Source of the DNA: an uncultured delta proteobacterium
Lineage (GTDB): Bacteria; Myxococcota_A; Polyangia; Polyangiales; B10-G4
Reading direction: 5' to 3'
DNA: 64,000 bases
Assembly (NCBI GenBank): GCA_963727445.1
Contig: CAVSGI010000014.1
Location: 224,001-288,000 of the forward strand
In this document: positions 51,420 through 63,400 of the stretch, one piece after another
How positions within the stretch are numbered: the first letter of the stretch is position 1
Layout: each line of letters opens with the position of its first letter
Notes under the pieces: generated by a model
Seen by the model: the letters and a program-made list of their open reading frames with translations, nothing else
What the model was told of the DNA's origin: nothing
Database searches by the model: none
Translations under genes and position numbers: made by a program

Positions 51420-52553
51420 TCAGTGCTCTTCGAAGGTGGTGATGGTCATGGTCTGGTTGTGCAGATCGCAGGCGGCGTGCGGCGTCGACGGACAGATCTC
51501 GCCGTAGCTGTAGAAGCCGGTCAACGTCGTACCGTCCCCCAGGATGTGCCTCACGACTTCGAGCTCCTCCTCGGTGCGCTGCTTCAGGACCAGCCTCCGG
51601 CCCACGCAGCTGATCAGGAGCGCCACCGTGGGATGGCTCGCGGCGATCTGGGCATCGCGCGCGGCGCCCTCCGCCCCTTCGATGAGGCGCTCGAAGTTCG
51701 CCTTCATCAGCTGGGCGAAGGTGCCTTCGGGCAGATCGCCGGCGAAGGTCATGGTGTCGGCCTCGTCGTCGACCGACAGGACGGTCCGCACCACGCGATG
51801 GCGCTCGTCGGGGTTGCAGCGAACGCTCAGGGGAAAGAGCAGCCCTGTCGCGGGGAGGCCTTCCGCGTACTCCCCCAGGTACTCCTTGTAGAGCCCCAGC
51901 GCCGAGCGCCCGTCGAGCTCGTAGAGCACGTTGCCCTCGGCGCGTGTGATGATGCGCTCGGGGCCGAAGGGATCCCAGCCTCCGACGGAGCCGAAGCCCA
52001 CCTTCAGCCGCCGGCCGTAGAGACCGACGGCGCAGATCTGCCCCTCGCGCGGCCTCGCGTCGGAGCAGACGATGGTGCGTTCGAAGCGGTCGCCGTCGGC
52101 GGAGAGGCCCCCGGTCACGGCGACGTTCTTGGGCAGCGCTTCGCGGAGGCCGACCGTGAGGTCGCTCCCGTTGACGTTGAGCCCGTCGCTGAAGACAAGC
52201 ACGTGGCAGAGGTCCTCGCCGGCGAGAAGATCGGCGAGGGCGCGACCCGCCTGGCGACCGCGATCGGGCGGGATCACTTCGGCGGAGACGACGCGGACCT
52301 CGGTGTGCTGGAAGTGAAGCGCGGTCCCGGACAGCGAGTCGTCGCGGACACGGATCCCCTCGATCTCACCAGCGGTGGAGCATCCGCAGATGGCGGCGCG
52401 TGGATAGGCGTCCCGGATCCGAGAGATGCGCTCGGGGCTCTCGAGCGCGCCACTGCTGCCGAAGACGAGGATGAGCTGGGTGGCGTCGTCCGGGGTCTTG
52501 GGGAGCCCGACGAACCCGTGTTCCTCGGTCCAGCTGAACTGGTGGGCCTTCAC
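51420..52553 (-). CDS. FIST-domain (NosP-like) sensory protein
   Basis: GCSTAGEI, GGLSADG, GGWDPFG, YELDGRSAL, ISCVGR, GFYSYGEI, LHNQT. Confidence 0.92.
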   Translation of the reverse strand: MKAHQFSWTEEHGFVGLPKTPDDATQLILVFGSSGALESPERISRIRDAYPRAAICGCSTAGEIEGIRVRDDSLSGTALHFQHTEVRVVSAEVIPPDRGRQAGRALADLLAGEDLCHVLVFSDGLNVNGSDLTVGLREALPKNVAVTGGLSADGDRFERTIVCSDARPREGQICAVGLYGRRLKVGFGSVGGWDPFGPERIITRAEGNVLYELDGRSALGLYKEYLGEYAEGLPATGLLFPLSVRCNPDERHRVVRTVLSVDDEADTMTFAGDLPEGTFAQLMKANFERLIEGAEGAARDAQIAASHPTVALLISCVGRRLVLKQRTEEELEVVRHILGDGTTLTGFYSYGEICPSTPHAACDLHNQTMTITTFEEH

Positions 52554-52646
52554 AACGCCGAATGGTAATCGCAAGCGCCCATCCCGGCCACGTCAACGCC
52601 CGGGAGGCCCATCGACAAGACCCGATTCTGAGATAACCTCTCGCCC

Positions 52647-55600
52647 ATGCGGTCAGGGCTTTTCTTGGTTTCGTTCGCGGCGATTCTCGCGCTCGCGGGC
52701 TCGGGGTGTGGTGACGACGAGGCGACCGACACGGGTCCCGCCGATTCGGGGATGGACGGCTCAGATGCCGACGCCGACACCGGGCCTCCCGATCCTCCGC
52801 CCCCCGCACCCCTCGATGGCGTCGAGCAGACCGCCCGGCGCACCATTCCCCAGCTCACCGAGCAGGCCTACGTGGTCCGCGTCGAGCACGACATCCCCCA
52901 CGTCTATGCCGCCAATCGCGAGGACGCCTGGCGCGTCCTCGGCTTCGTGATGGCGCAGGACCGCTTCTTCCAGATGGACCTGACCTCGCGTCTGGCGCAG
53001 GGCACCCTGTCGGAGATCCTCGGCGACGCGGCGCTCTCCACTGACATCGAAAACCGCTTCACCGGCGCCACCAAGCTCGTCGACATCTTCGAGCGGAGCG
53101 TCACCGACGAGGAAGCCGCCGAGGCGGATGCCTTCGCCGAGGGTGTGAACGCCTACATCGAGGCGGTGCGCAACCGGCTGCTGCCGCCGCCCAAAGAGCT
53201 CGACCTGGCCTACATCTTCTTCGGCCTGCGCAGCGTCAGACGACCTGCTCGTCGACTGGGATCGGCGCGACGTCGTGGCCACTGGCGCGACGATTCAGTA
53301 CGCCACCAGCTGGGAGACCGGGGACGTCGGCAAGGCGCGCGCCTTCGAGACGATCGACGATCATTTCACGGGCTTCCCCAATCGGCCCCTGCGCATGGCC
53401 GGGCTCGATGCAGGACATCATCGACCACTACGCGCCGCCCGAACGACGCGCAGCTCGGCGGCGGGATGGGGCCTCGAGACCGCTGGCTCGACGACGCTCG
53501 CCGATCATCCGGCCGGCGAACCGCGGCGCGACCTGCACCTGGGAGCGTGCTCCCCGAGCGCGGCGTCCTCGACCGCGCCCAGCTGCACATCGAGCGCGCG
53601 TCGAGGCGCTTCGGTCGCAGCGACGAGGTGGAGGGCTACGGCAGCAACTGCTGGGCGATGATGGGGAGCGCGACCGCGGACGGCTCCTCGCTCCTCGCCT
53701 GCGACGGCCATCTCTCAGCTCAGCGTCCCGGCGCTATTTCTGGTCAGTCGGGATCGACACCGTGCTCATGGGCGGCGACGCCGGAGAGACCACGCGCCTG
53801 GTGGGCTCGACCATCGCGGGCCTTCCGCCGATGGGCGTCGGGACCAATGGCCGCATCGCCTGGGGCCAGACCGCCTACTTCTCCGAGGTGACCGACTGGT
53901 ACACCGAGGAGATGGTCCTCGACTCGGACGGGATGCCCACCGCCACCATGTTCCGGGGCGAGGAGCAGCCGCTCACCACGGTCGACGAGTCGGTCGAGGT
54001 CGCCAACATCGACTCGATCGGCAGCGTCGGGCGGACCGAGACCTTCGTGCGCTTCGAGACCTTCGACGGGCGGATGATCAATTCCATCGAAGGCCGCATG
54101 GTCACCGCCGACGAGACGCTCGGCGCGGGCGAGACTCGCCTCAACGTGAACGGCGACTTGATCGTCCCGAGCGACATCGACGGTGACGGAGTGATCAGCG
54201 CCATCAGCTTCAAGTACGGGCCGCTCACCGAGGGCTACAGCCTCCTGCGCGCCTTCCGGAAGTTCCAGTTCGCCGACACGGTGGAGGACTTCCGCCAGGC
54301 GACGCGCCACTTCATCGGCTACGGCGGCTGGATGATGGCGTCGGACGCGGCCGGCAGCGTCCTGTACACCGGCTACCACGCCGTGCCCTGCCGCGACTAC
54401 CTGCCCCGCGACGGCTCGAACGTCTGGATCGACGGCGCCGATCCCCGTCGCCTCATCGACGGAACGCAATACCCCGCCTGGGACATTCCCGCTCGACCCC
54501 GACGGGCAGCGTGGACGATTCGGCGGTCGCCGCCGGAGGCCCCGAAGCCTGCGCGGTGCCCTTCGACCAATGGCCCCAGGCCCTCGATCCGGCCAAGCAG
54601 TACGTCCTCCACGCACAACAACGACCCGGCCAGCATCGCCACGGACAACGACCTCTTCGACGATCCCTACTACATCGGCGGACCGTGGATCGAGGGCTAC
54701 CGCGCGGCGCGAGACGACGAGCTGCTCGCTCAGGCGGTGATGGACGGCGACGCGGACATCGCGCGCATGGCCGCCATCCAAGGCGACCACCACTCGAACC
54801 TGGGCGAGGACTTCCTCCCCTACCTCCTCGAGGCGATCGAGGCCGCCCGCACCGCAGCCGCGGGCACGCCGGCTGCCGGCTCGGCCGAGGAGCGCCTGGC
54901 CGCGATGTGGGCGGCGGCGAGCGCCGACTACACCGAGGTCGAAACGCGGATGACGGAGTGGAACAGCGCCGGCTTCCCCACCCCCTCCGGCGTCGAGACC
55001 TTCTATCACACCCCCGCGGCCGGCGACGGTCGCCACGCGGTGGCCACCTCGATCTTCCAGGCGTGGATCCGCGTCTTCTTCAGCCTCGTACTCGACGACG
55101 AGCACATCAACCGGGCCTGTCGCCTGCGGTGACCGGCGACACCTATCGCACGCAGACGATGGACATCTTCCTTCGCGGTCGCGGCGTGGGCAATCCACTC
55201 GGCCTGGGCTCGTGGGATCCTTCCACGGAAGAGAGCGTGTTCTTCGACGACGTCACCACGACCGAGATCGAGAGCAGCCAGGAGATCGCCATCCGCGCCC
55301 TCGACCAGGCCCTCGCCTATCTCCGCTCGGAGCCCACGGCTCCCGGCATGGGCGGCTTCGGCAGCGACGACTTCGACGATTGGATCTGGGGCCTTCGCCA
55401 CATGGTCCGCTTCGACTCGCTGGTCGGCGACTTCCTCGGCGACGACGACACCTTCGGACCGATCGTCGATCAGTTCACGATCACGCCGGAGCGTCTGCCC
55501 CTGATGCCCGATCTCCCAGCAGACGACCCGCGCGCCAACCTCCCCCATTTCCCACGCCCCGCGGACATGCTCGACCTCGACGCGGCCAACCCTGGCTTCG

Positions 55601-55836
55601 GCCTGGGCGACTGGACCCACGGCTCCGGCCCGGTGTTCCGCATGGTCGTCGCGCTCGGCCCCGATGGTGTGCGCGGTCAGACGATCATCCCCGGTGGCCA
55701 GAGCGGCATGCCCGCGAGCCCCCACTTCGACGACCAGGTCAAGCTCTGGCTCGCCAACGAGACCGACCCCATGCGCTACCTCCCCGACGAGGTCGTCGCC
55801 GGCGCCGTCGGCCTCGAGCGCTTCGCACCCGAGTAA
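52647..55836 (+). CDS. Penicillin/acyl-homoserine-lactone acylase family (S45) lipoprotein, with several frameshifts
   Basis: IPHVYA, GFVMAQDRFFQMD, nucleophile GSNCW near 53640, GTNGRIAWG, PGGQSG..SPHFDDQ..LW. Confidence 0.85.
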
Positions 55837-55876
55837 CTCACGGGTCAGATCCCGACACCCTGCGATCTACGTGTCC

Positions 55877-56062
55877 GCGCCGGCGGGAGGGTCCCAGCCC
55901 GGGGCTCGGGGGCCTTGCAGATGCGAGCGCGTGGCAAGAGCAGCGCTGTAGTCAGAGAGCGCTCGCGCAAGGCCCCCTGTCCGTCCGCGCCAACGCGGGT
56001 GATGGCACTGCGTGCGCGTTGGCACGGACGGACACCCCGGGCTGGGACCCTCCCGCCGGCGC
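55877..56062. repeat. 186-bp Y-shaped palindromic element: 28-bp perfect terminal inverted repeat enclosing two hairpins
   Basis: GCGCCGGCGGGAGGGTCCCAGCCCGGGG at 55877-55904 and its reverse complement at 56035-56062; inner hairpins 55908-55977 and 55978-56034. Confidence 0.9.
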
Positions 56063-56197
56063 TGGTGTAAGTGAAGTGAGCGAGAACTGTGCGTGAGATC
56101 GATGCGTCACCGCTCGCCAGGGCGTTGCATCACGGGCAGGCCTCCCGCCAGGATGATTGCCAAGCGCACCTACGGCTTGTTCCCAATCAGCACCTCG

Positions 56198-57052
56198 TCA
56201 GGAGCCGAGCTTGATCGCGACGATGCCGGCGGCGACCGAAGCGGCGGCGAGGACTCGTCTGCGCCCGAAAGGCTCGCCGAGCAGGACGGTGCCGATCAGG
56301 GCGGCGAAGATCACCGAGGTCTCGCGGACCGCGGCGATGAGGGCGATGGGGGCGTGGGTCATCGCCCAGAGGACGACCGCGTAAGCGCCCGCCGACAGAA
56401 CGCCGGCGATCAGTGACGGAAGCGCCCGCGCACGGACCTCGCGCAAGAGCGGGCGGCCGCCGCGCCAAAGCGCGTAGATCGCGAAGGTCGCGCCCTCGGC
56501 GACGAAGAGCCACACGACGTAGCCCGAGGTCGCACCCGAGACGCGCACGCCGATCCCATCGATGGAGGTGTAACCGCCGATACAGCAAGCGGTCGCGAAG
56601 GCCAGACCCACCGACACCCGGTGGCGCGTCCCCACCCGCCCGGTGATCGAATCCCATCCCAAGAAGAGCACGCCGGCCGTCACCATCAGGAGGCCACCGA
56701 GCGCGAGGGGACCGAGCGCTTCGCCGACCACGAGCCACGCCACCCCCGCCACGAGCACCGGAGGAAGCCCGCGCGCGATCGGATAGACCACCGAGAGGTC
56801 GCCGCGCTCATAGGCCGCCACCAGGAGCGCCAGATAGACGAGATGGATGACGGTCGACGCAGCGAGGTGCGGCCACGAAGCTGGGCTGGGCGCGGGAACC
56901 AGGAAGAGCAGCGGCGCCCCCACCAGCGCCCAGACGATGGCGAGGCCCGCCATCGACGTCAGCGGCTCGCCGCGCTTGCCCTTGAGCATGGCGTTCCACC
57001 CCGCGTGGGTCAGCGCCGCGAGGAGCACCAGCGCCAGAGCGAAGGTGGTCAC
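56198..57052 (-). CDS. EamA/DMT-family transporter
   Basis: About 10 TM helices; HAGWN, GDLSVVYPIARG, AAVRETSVIFA, LLGE. Confidence 0.92.
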   Translation of the reverse strand: MTTFALALVLLAALTHAGWNAMLKGKRGEPLTSMAGLAIVWALVGAPLLFLVPAPSPASWPHLAASTVIHLVYLALLVAAYERGDLSVVYPIARGLPPVLVAGVAWLVVGEALGPLALGGLLMVTAGVLFLGWDSITGRVGTRHRVSVGLAFATACCIGGYTSIDGIGVRVSGATSGYVVWLFVAEGATFAIYALWRGGRPLLREVRARALPSLIAGVLSAGAYAVVLWAMTHAPIALIAAVRETSVIFAALIGTVLLGEPFGRRRVLAAASVAAGIVAIKLGS

Positions 57053-57156
57053 GGCCCGGAACCTACCGCCACCGATCGCCCGCGTCGATGCGTGGGGTCC
57101 CGAGGGATCAAAGCGGGCGGCTCCTGCGTATGTCAGAGGGAAGCCGGAGGTCTTCG

Positions 57157-57651
57157 ATGCGCTACGTCCCCTTCATCCTCGTTCTGGCCGCATGTGGAGG
57201 CGGCACGGCGACCGCGGCGGAGACCCGAACGATCGTCATCGAGCGCGTGGTGATGGAGGCCGGTCTGCCGGCGGGGGTGCAATCCGGCTTCGCAGTGGGA
57301 GACGAGGTCCTGGTGGAGTACGGCGGCACCTGGTATCCGGCCAGGGTCCAGGCCGTGCTTCCCGATGGGCGCGTGGAGATCGCCTACGACGGCTACAACC
57401 AGGACTGGAACGAAGCCGTCGGGCCCACGCGCATCCGTCCCCGCGGCGCTCTTGCCGCCCCCGGCACTCCCGTGCCATCGGCGGCGCAGCTCGCCAAGGG
57501 CGCGGCGGTCTTCGTCGAATGGCGCGGTCAGTGGTACCCCGGCCGCGTCCGCGCCGTCACCCCCGACCAACGCGTCGAGGTCGCCTACGACGGCTACGAC
57601 GATCAGTGGAACGAGACCGTCGGCCTCGCGCGCCTGCGCGTCGCCGATTAG
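57157..57651 (+). CDS. Lipoprotein with two Tudor/Agenet/Tudor-knot-like barrels
   Basis: Lipobox LAAC; two repeats G..V.VE[YW].G.WYP.RV.....D.RVE[IV]AYDGY...WNE.VG..R[IL]R. Confidence 0.8.
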   Translation: MRYVPFILVLAACGGGTATAAETRTIVIERVVMEAGLPAGVQSGFAVGDEVLVEYGGTWYPARVQAVLPDGRVEIAYDGYNQDWNEAVGPTRIRPRGALAAPGTPVPSAAQLAKGAAVFVEWRGQWYPGRVRAVTPDQRVEVAYDGYDDQWNETVGLARLRVAD

Positions 57652-58385
57652 AGCGGGCTGATCTCGAGGGAGATCTCGTAGAAGCCCTCGGCGTGGCCGC
57701 AAAGCCAACGCGCCGCGCGGCAGCGCTCGGTGACGGTCGACGCGAGGAGCTCCTGCTGATCCTCGGAGAGACGGAAGACCGGGAGCCCGAAGGCCGAGAC
57801 GTCGTCCTCGATCAGAGTGTCGAGCGGGACGAGCTCCTGACTGACGGCCAGCTCCACGTTCTCGCGGACGTGCGGCGGCAGCAGGCGCCGCCCGCGAAAC
57901 GGGCCGGCGTTCGCCCGCCACAACCAGAAGGACCAGAGGTCTTCGCAGGTCTGAAGGGCCGCGGCGGGCCTCAGGCGTGCCCCGTCCACGAAGCTGCGCG
58001 GCGACAGGAGCGGCGAGCCATCGAGGACGCTCGCTTGGACCAACGCGTCGGGTGGGGGCAGGTCCTCCATACCGAAGAGCGCCCACCGGAGGATGGCCTG
58101 CGCTTCGATCAGCCAGTGGACGTCGCGCCGGGTGTCAGCATCCCAGGACCCCACCTCGGTGTCGAAGAGGAGCTCGCGCTCGATGCGGTGCAAGTGACGC
58201 TGGACCTCTTCGATCAAGGAGTGAGACTGGACCCACATCTGCGTAGCCGCGTCGTCGCCAGCCGCCGCGCGTGTCTCCACCGCGCAGCGCAGGTCCAGGA
58301 TCATGAGCGCGAGCAGTCGCTCGGCCACCTGATTGGCCTTGGGCGGCAGCACGCCTTCTCCGTCCCATCGCGCCGTGAGATCCAC
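57648..58385 (-). CDS. DUF4272-like protein
   Basis: W..EA..IL.WAL, ARLRP...L, W.WRA, ERCRAARWLCG. Confidence 0.65.
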   Translation of the reverse strand: MDLTARWDGEGVLPPKANQVAERLLALMILDLRCAVETRAAAGDDAATQMWVQSHSLIEEVQRHLHRIERELLFDTEVGSWDADTRRDVHWLIEAQAILRWALFGMEDLPPPDALVQASVLDGSPLLSPRSFVDGARLRPAAALQTCEDLWSFWLWRANAGPFRGRRLLPPHVRENVELAVSQELVPLDTLIEDDVSAFGLPVFRLSEDQQELLASTVTERCRAARWLCGHAEGFYEISLEISPL

Positions 58386-58440
58386 CGGGGAATCCTAGCC
58401 GAAAACCCCGCGCGTGTAGGATGGCTTACACGGCTGCCCG

Positions 58441-60286
58441 CTACTCCTGGCCCAGGGCGCGGTAGCGAACGAAGGTGTAGCGCGCTCCAGCGCCGTCCAA
58501 AGCGCGCCCCACCACGCCCTGGACGTCCGGATTCCACGCGGCGTAGCGGTCGACGAAAGCCTCCGCCTCGGCGTGATCGCCGCGCCGCTGGATGCCGATC
58601 ACCTCGGTGAGCATCGACTCCACCACCTCGGGGTAGCGGGCGTAGTCGATGCGGAGCTTGCCGAGCTCCGCGTCGAAGGAAAGCAAGCCGTGCTCGAGGA
58701 AGTAGTTGTTCTGCATGAGGTTCATGGTCGCGTAGGGATTGTCCCGCGAGGGTCGAACGGTGCGGAGCGAGCGGAGCACACCGGCCGCGTACGCCGCGCG
58801 CACGCGCTCCTCGTCGAGCACGCCCAGCTCGGCCAGCCGCGGCATGAGCCAGAGCGAGACCAGGTCCGCCTTCATCTCTTCGAAGTGGTTCTGCAGATCG
58901 GTGAGCGCTTCCGCGATCACGCGCCCATCCTCGGTGGCCTTCGGGCCGAGGTAGTGGCCGACCTCGTGCCACACCGTGCGGTCGAAGTTTCCCGACGCGC
59001 CAAGATCCTCCGCCTGTTCCGGCACCACCGCCGCGGCAAAGCGCGCGTGCCCGCGCGCCACGATGGTCGGATCGCGCAGGATGTTCTCGCGGATCAGGAT
59101 CGTCCGCCCGTAGCGCCGCGCGATGTGCGGGTCGTTCGGCAGGATGGTCGCGGTGTTGCCGCCGCGCGCCTGACCATAATCGGCGTACACCTGGTAGATG
59201 CCGATCGGGATCTGAGAGCGCACGCGCTGATAGGGGCCGCCGGGGAGCGCGTCCTCGAAGCTCTGAAGGTGGCTCACCGCCGCGTCGAGCTCGCTGGTCC
59301 CCGCCTCGCTCCGCACCAGAATGGAGACGGCGTACGCGCCTTTGACGCCGAGCAGATCGTCGTCGTAGGTCTCGTAAGCGCCCACCAGGGCGTTGACGTG
59401 CGCGGGCCGACCGCTCACCCACGCCGCATCGCCCCCCTCGTAGTCGTTGCTCAAAAGATCGCGCGCGCGCTGCTCGAGGTAGTCGGCGAGGTCGTCGTCG
59501 TCGCTGCGCACGCGCTCGCTCGCCGTGTGCAGATGGCCATACGCCTCGAGGAGCGCGTCGGCGTGGGCCAACGCATACGGGACCGCGTAGTACTGCTCGG
59601 GGTCCGGCTCGCCCGCGAGGAGCGCTTCGAGCTCGGGGTGAAGGACCTTCAGATACGGATGCTCGTCGAGGAGCGCGCGGTCGGCGGCGAGCGACTCGGC
59701 GTCGCGCACGCGGACCAGGGTGCGCGTCCCGAGCAGGTCCCCCGCCTCGGGATGCGCGTGCGCCTGGGCGCGCGCTCGATCGGGATCGACCGCCGCCGGA
59801 TAGATGTTGCGATGTGGATCGTAAGGGGCGACCGGCGCGAGGAGCTGGCGCTCGCCCTCCAGATCCCGAGATCACCGGCCCCTCGAAGAGCGCATGGAGG
59901 TCGCGCAGCTCCGAGAGATACGCGCCCTCGGCGTCGCTCGACGGCGCGTAGCTCTCGAGATAGGCGCGCACACGGAGCGCGTCGGGGTGCCGCGCGTCTT
60001 CGTAGAGCCGGTCGAAGATCTCTCCGACCGCCATCAACTCCTTCACTGCGTCGTGCTCGCCCTCGCTGAGCCCCGAGAGGTCGGCGCCAATCACCAGGCT
60101 CTCGGTGCGCGCGAGGATCGCGTCGCACCCATCCTTCGGATAGAAGCCTTCGAGCCCCTCGAAGTCGGCCGGCCCTTCTTCGTCCGACCCGGGCTCTGGC
60201 TCGGGCGCGGGCTCCGAAGGCGAATCGTCACATCCCTGGGCCATCGCGATCAGGAGCAACAGGACCTGCAGCGTCGAGGTTCGCAT
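58441..60286 (-). CDS. Dipeptidyl-peptidase III (M49)-like zinc peptidase lipoprotein (frameshifts about 59750-59870)
   Basis: GAYETYDD.L.GVK, ATILPND, zinc motif HEVGHYLGP, EEMKAD; lipobox AQGC. Confidence 0.85.
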
Positions 60287-60324
60287 CGCGCCGTTCTGTC
60301 ACCGATCGGCGCGAACGAAAAGCC

Positions 60325-60498
60325 TCACTCGTGCTCCTGGGCCTCCGCGTCGGTGGCGTCCCCGCTTTCGTCCTCGAGGGGCTGGTCGTCGCCGGCGGTC
60401 CAACGCTCGGTGACCTCCTCTTCGGGTGGCGGGCCCGAGCCGCCGCAGCCGGCCGCGAGAGCCAGGGCGAGGGCACAAGCGCGTGCGAAGTCCGTCAT
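60325..60498 (-). CDS. 57-aa acidic lipoprotein (absent from the ORF track)
   Basis: MTDFARACALALALAAGCGGSGPPPEEEVTERWTAGDDQPLEDESGDATDAEAQEHE; ATGA coupling to the upstream stop. Confidence 0.7.
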   Translation of the reverse strand: MTDFARACALALALAAGCGGSGPPPEEEVTERWTAGDDQPLEDESGDATDAEAQEHE

Positions 60499-63400
60499 CG
60501 ACTCTCTCCTCGGATCTGCATCGTCCGCCCCTCGGTCATGCGGATCTCGGTCGGCGCCGATGCGTCATAGCTCCGGAGCGACAGCCCCGTGGTTCGACCC
60601 GACGCGATCCACGCGAGCGGAAGCGGGATGCGATGGGCGCCGTCGTGAACGAGGGGCGCGAGGTGCAGGCGCACGACGCCGGCGCCGTCGACCTCGTCCA
60701 CCTTCACGAGACCCGGAGCCTGCTCCATCGCCGAGCGCGCGACGTCGTCCAGCGCCGCGGCTCCCGGCAGGGTGAGCTCCACAATCGGCGCCTCGACGTC
60801 TTGTTCCCCTTCGTCCTCGACCACGAGCTCGAAGGCCGCCCGCCCGCCGAAGCGACCGGACACGCCTTCGATGTGGGCGCGGACCCGGCCGTCCCCTTCT
60901 TCGCGATGCGAGACCAGGTAGCGCGACTCGGTGCGAAGCCACACCGCGCTCTCGGCGCTGACGCGCGCATGGGTGTCGGCCCCGATCTCGATCACCGCCA
61001 CGCCATCGTCGAGATCGACACGACGCATCACGCCGTCGACCTCGACGTCAGCCGATTCGGGCGCGTCCACGCCCAGGGCGCCGTACACACTCGCGGCGAC
61101 CGCCCAGAACGCGCCCTCGGCACCCAGCCGAGGCACCAGATACATCCGGCCGAGAGCGCTCTGCGCGAGGGCGTCGGCGAGCTCGTCGTCCTCGGCCTGG
61201 CGTGCCGCGATGGCCAGCGCGAGGGTGCCGACGAAGGCGTCGGTGGTCGAGCGCGCCCCGACCCAGCGGCGGCCGTGGTCGTCCTCTTCGAGCGAGGCGA
61301 CGGCGCGCTCGAGGAGCGCGCGGCCCGGCACGTCGCGCCGGTCGATCAACAGCAGCGCCGCCGCCATCTGCGCCATCACCGCCGGCCGGTCGGGCGCCGA
61401 CGCGAGAGCGCGCCAGCCGTCGAGACGCAGCTTGGCGAGGAGCGCGGCGAGCTGCTGCTGCCCGCCGTCGTTCACCCCCGGCGCGAGAGACGCGAGCGCC
61501 GTCAGGATCGCTGCGCGCACCGCCAGGTCGTCGGGGACGGCGCCGCCGAGCGCTTCCGAGGCGCGGGCGACTCGCCCCGGCGCGCCGTCGTCTTCGTCCG
61601 CCGCGAGCACCGGAAGCGCACACGCGAGCCCCACCCCGTCGAGCGTCCCCTCCGCCAGTGCGCGCTGGACACGCGCGAGCGACTGGGGGTCCACCTCGCC
61701 GCGGGTCGAGAGCTCCGCCCAGGCGGTGATGGAAGGTGCGGATGTCTCCACCTCCTCGAAGAGCGGGTCGCGATGCAGCGCACGTGGCGCGCCGATGACG
61801 AGTCGCGCGCGCCAGGGCATGGCATCGTCGGGCGCCTCGACCTCGACCTCCGCGGTGGCCGCGCGCGCGTCGCCCTCCCCTCGGGCGAGCGGCGACCGTC
61901 CCGGAGTGACGCGCGAAGAGGCTCCCTTCCGGCACCACGCGCACGCGCTCGGAGAGCGACTCGATCTCCCGTGCGCCCAGGTGCACCTTCACCACCAGAC
62001 GCACCATTCCAGGCCGCCGCGCTTCGAGGACGATCGACTCCCCGGACAGTCGTGCCGAGACCGCGCCGCCGCGCGCCTCGACCTCCACCGTCGGCCGCTC
62101 CGCGTCCGCCAGCTGCACCAGACGGACCGGCAGCACCAATCGTTCGCCGGGCCGCATCGCCGTCGGCAGCGCGAGGCGCGCCGCCCATGGCAGCCCGGCC
62201 TCGAGCTCGTCGCGCGCCGACTCGATCGAACCGTCGCGCCCGAAGCGGATCGCCACCGCCGCGTAGCGCCGTCGCTCCGGCGGCAACTCCCAGGGTCGAT
62301 CCGCGCCGACCCCGCCGATGGGCGCACCGAGCGGCGTGAGGCGCGCTTCGTCATCCTGACCGTCCACCGGTTCGGGGAGCGCGCGCCACCCGTCGACCCG
62401 GGTCCCCTCGGCGAGGCCCGGCTCGGCGGGCTCGACCTCGAAGACCGCGGCGAGCGATTCGACCGTCGCCCGCCCGAGGGCGACGCCGCGCAGACGCGAC
62501 AGGAGCACGTCCTCGCCCACGGCGTCCGCGTAGATGCCGGAGCTCGCGAGGACCCGCGCGAAGGGATCGACCATGTCGTCGCCGCTGCCGATGCGACCGT
62601 CGGGACCCGCGCTCACCAGCTCCCAGCCGGGCACGGGCGACAGGAACGTGAAGCGTGCACGCCCGCCCGGTGCCCGGCGCAGGACGAGCGGCGTCCCCCA
62701 GCCATCGAAGAGATGCCCGCGCACCGGCCACTCGTGCTCGAAGCCGGTCGTCCCGTCGAGGAGCGCCGCCAGGTACTCACCCGGATCACCGAGACGTGCC
62801 CAGGGCTGGTCGAGGCCGTGACTCTGGATGAGCTCGCGCAGCATCACGTTGACGCGCCACAATCGCTCGCGGGTGATCCGCCGCGCCACGTTGTCGAAGG
62901 TGAAGGCCCGATCCATCTGGGTCAGGGCGTCGATGTCGAGAGGCTCGCCATCGAGCCCTGCCACCATCTCTTCGTAGAGCCCGGCGTGCTGGGTGGCCGC
63001 GAGGAGGACGGCGTGGTTGAAGCGCCAGCGCCCACCCTCGCGCACGCCCACCTCTTCAATCTGGTCGGGAACCTCCACGTCAGCGTAGTCCTCGACGGCG
63101 CGCATGAGGCGACCCAGGCGCCCACGGACGAAGCGCGCGCGCGTGCGCCACGGGTCTCGGAGTAGACCGTGCGCGACCGGCGACTCCGGCAGTGGCTGCG
63201 GCAGCACCTCCCCCTCGCGCATCACGGCGGTCGCCGCGTCGTCCTGGGGGGTGCGCGAGGCGAGGAGCGCCGCGACGAAACCCGGGCTCCGGCCGCGATT
63301 CAGCGCGGATGCGACGGCTCCCGCGACCTCGAGGATTTCGGCCTCGAGGCTGGTCCGATGACGTGCGCGCACCGCGAAGACGGCGGTGGTGCCCGCCACG

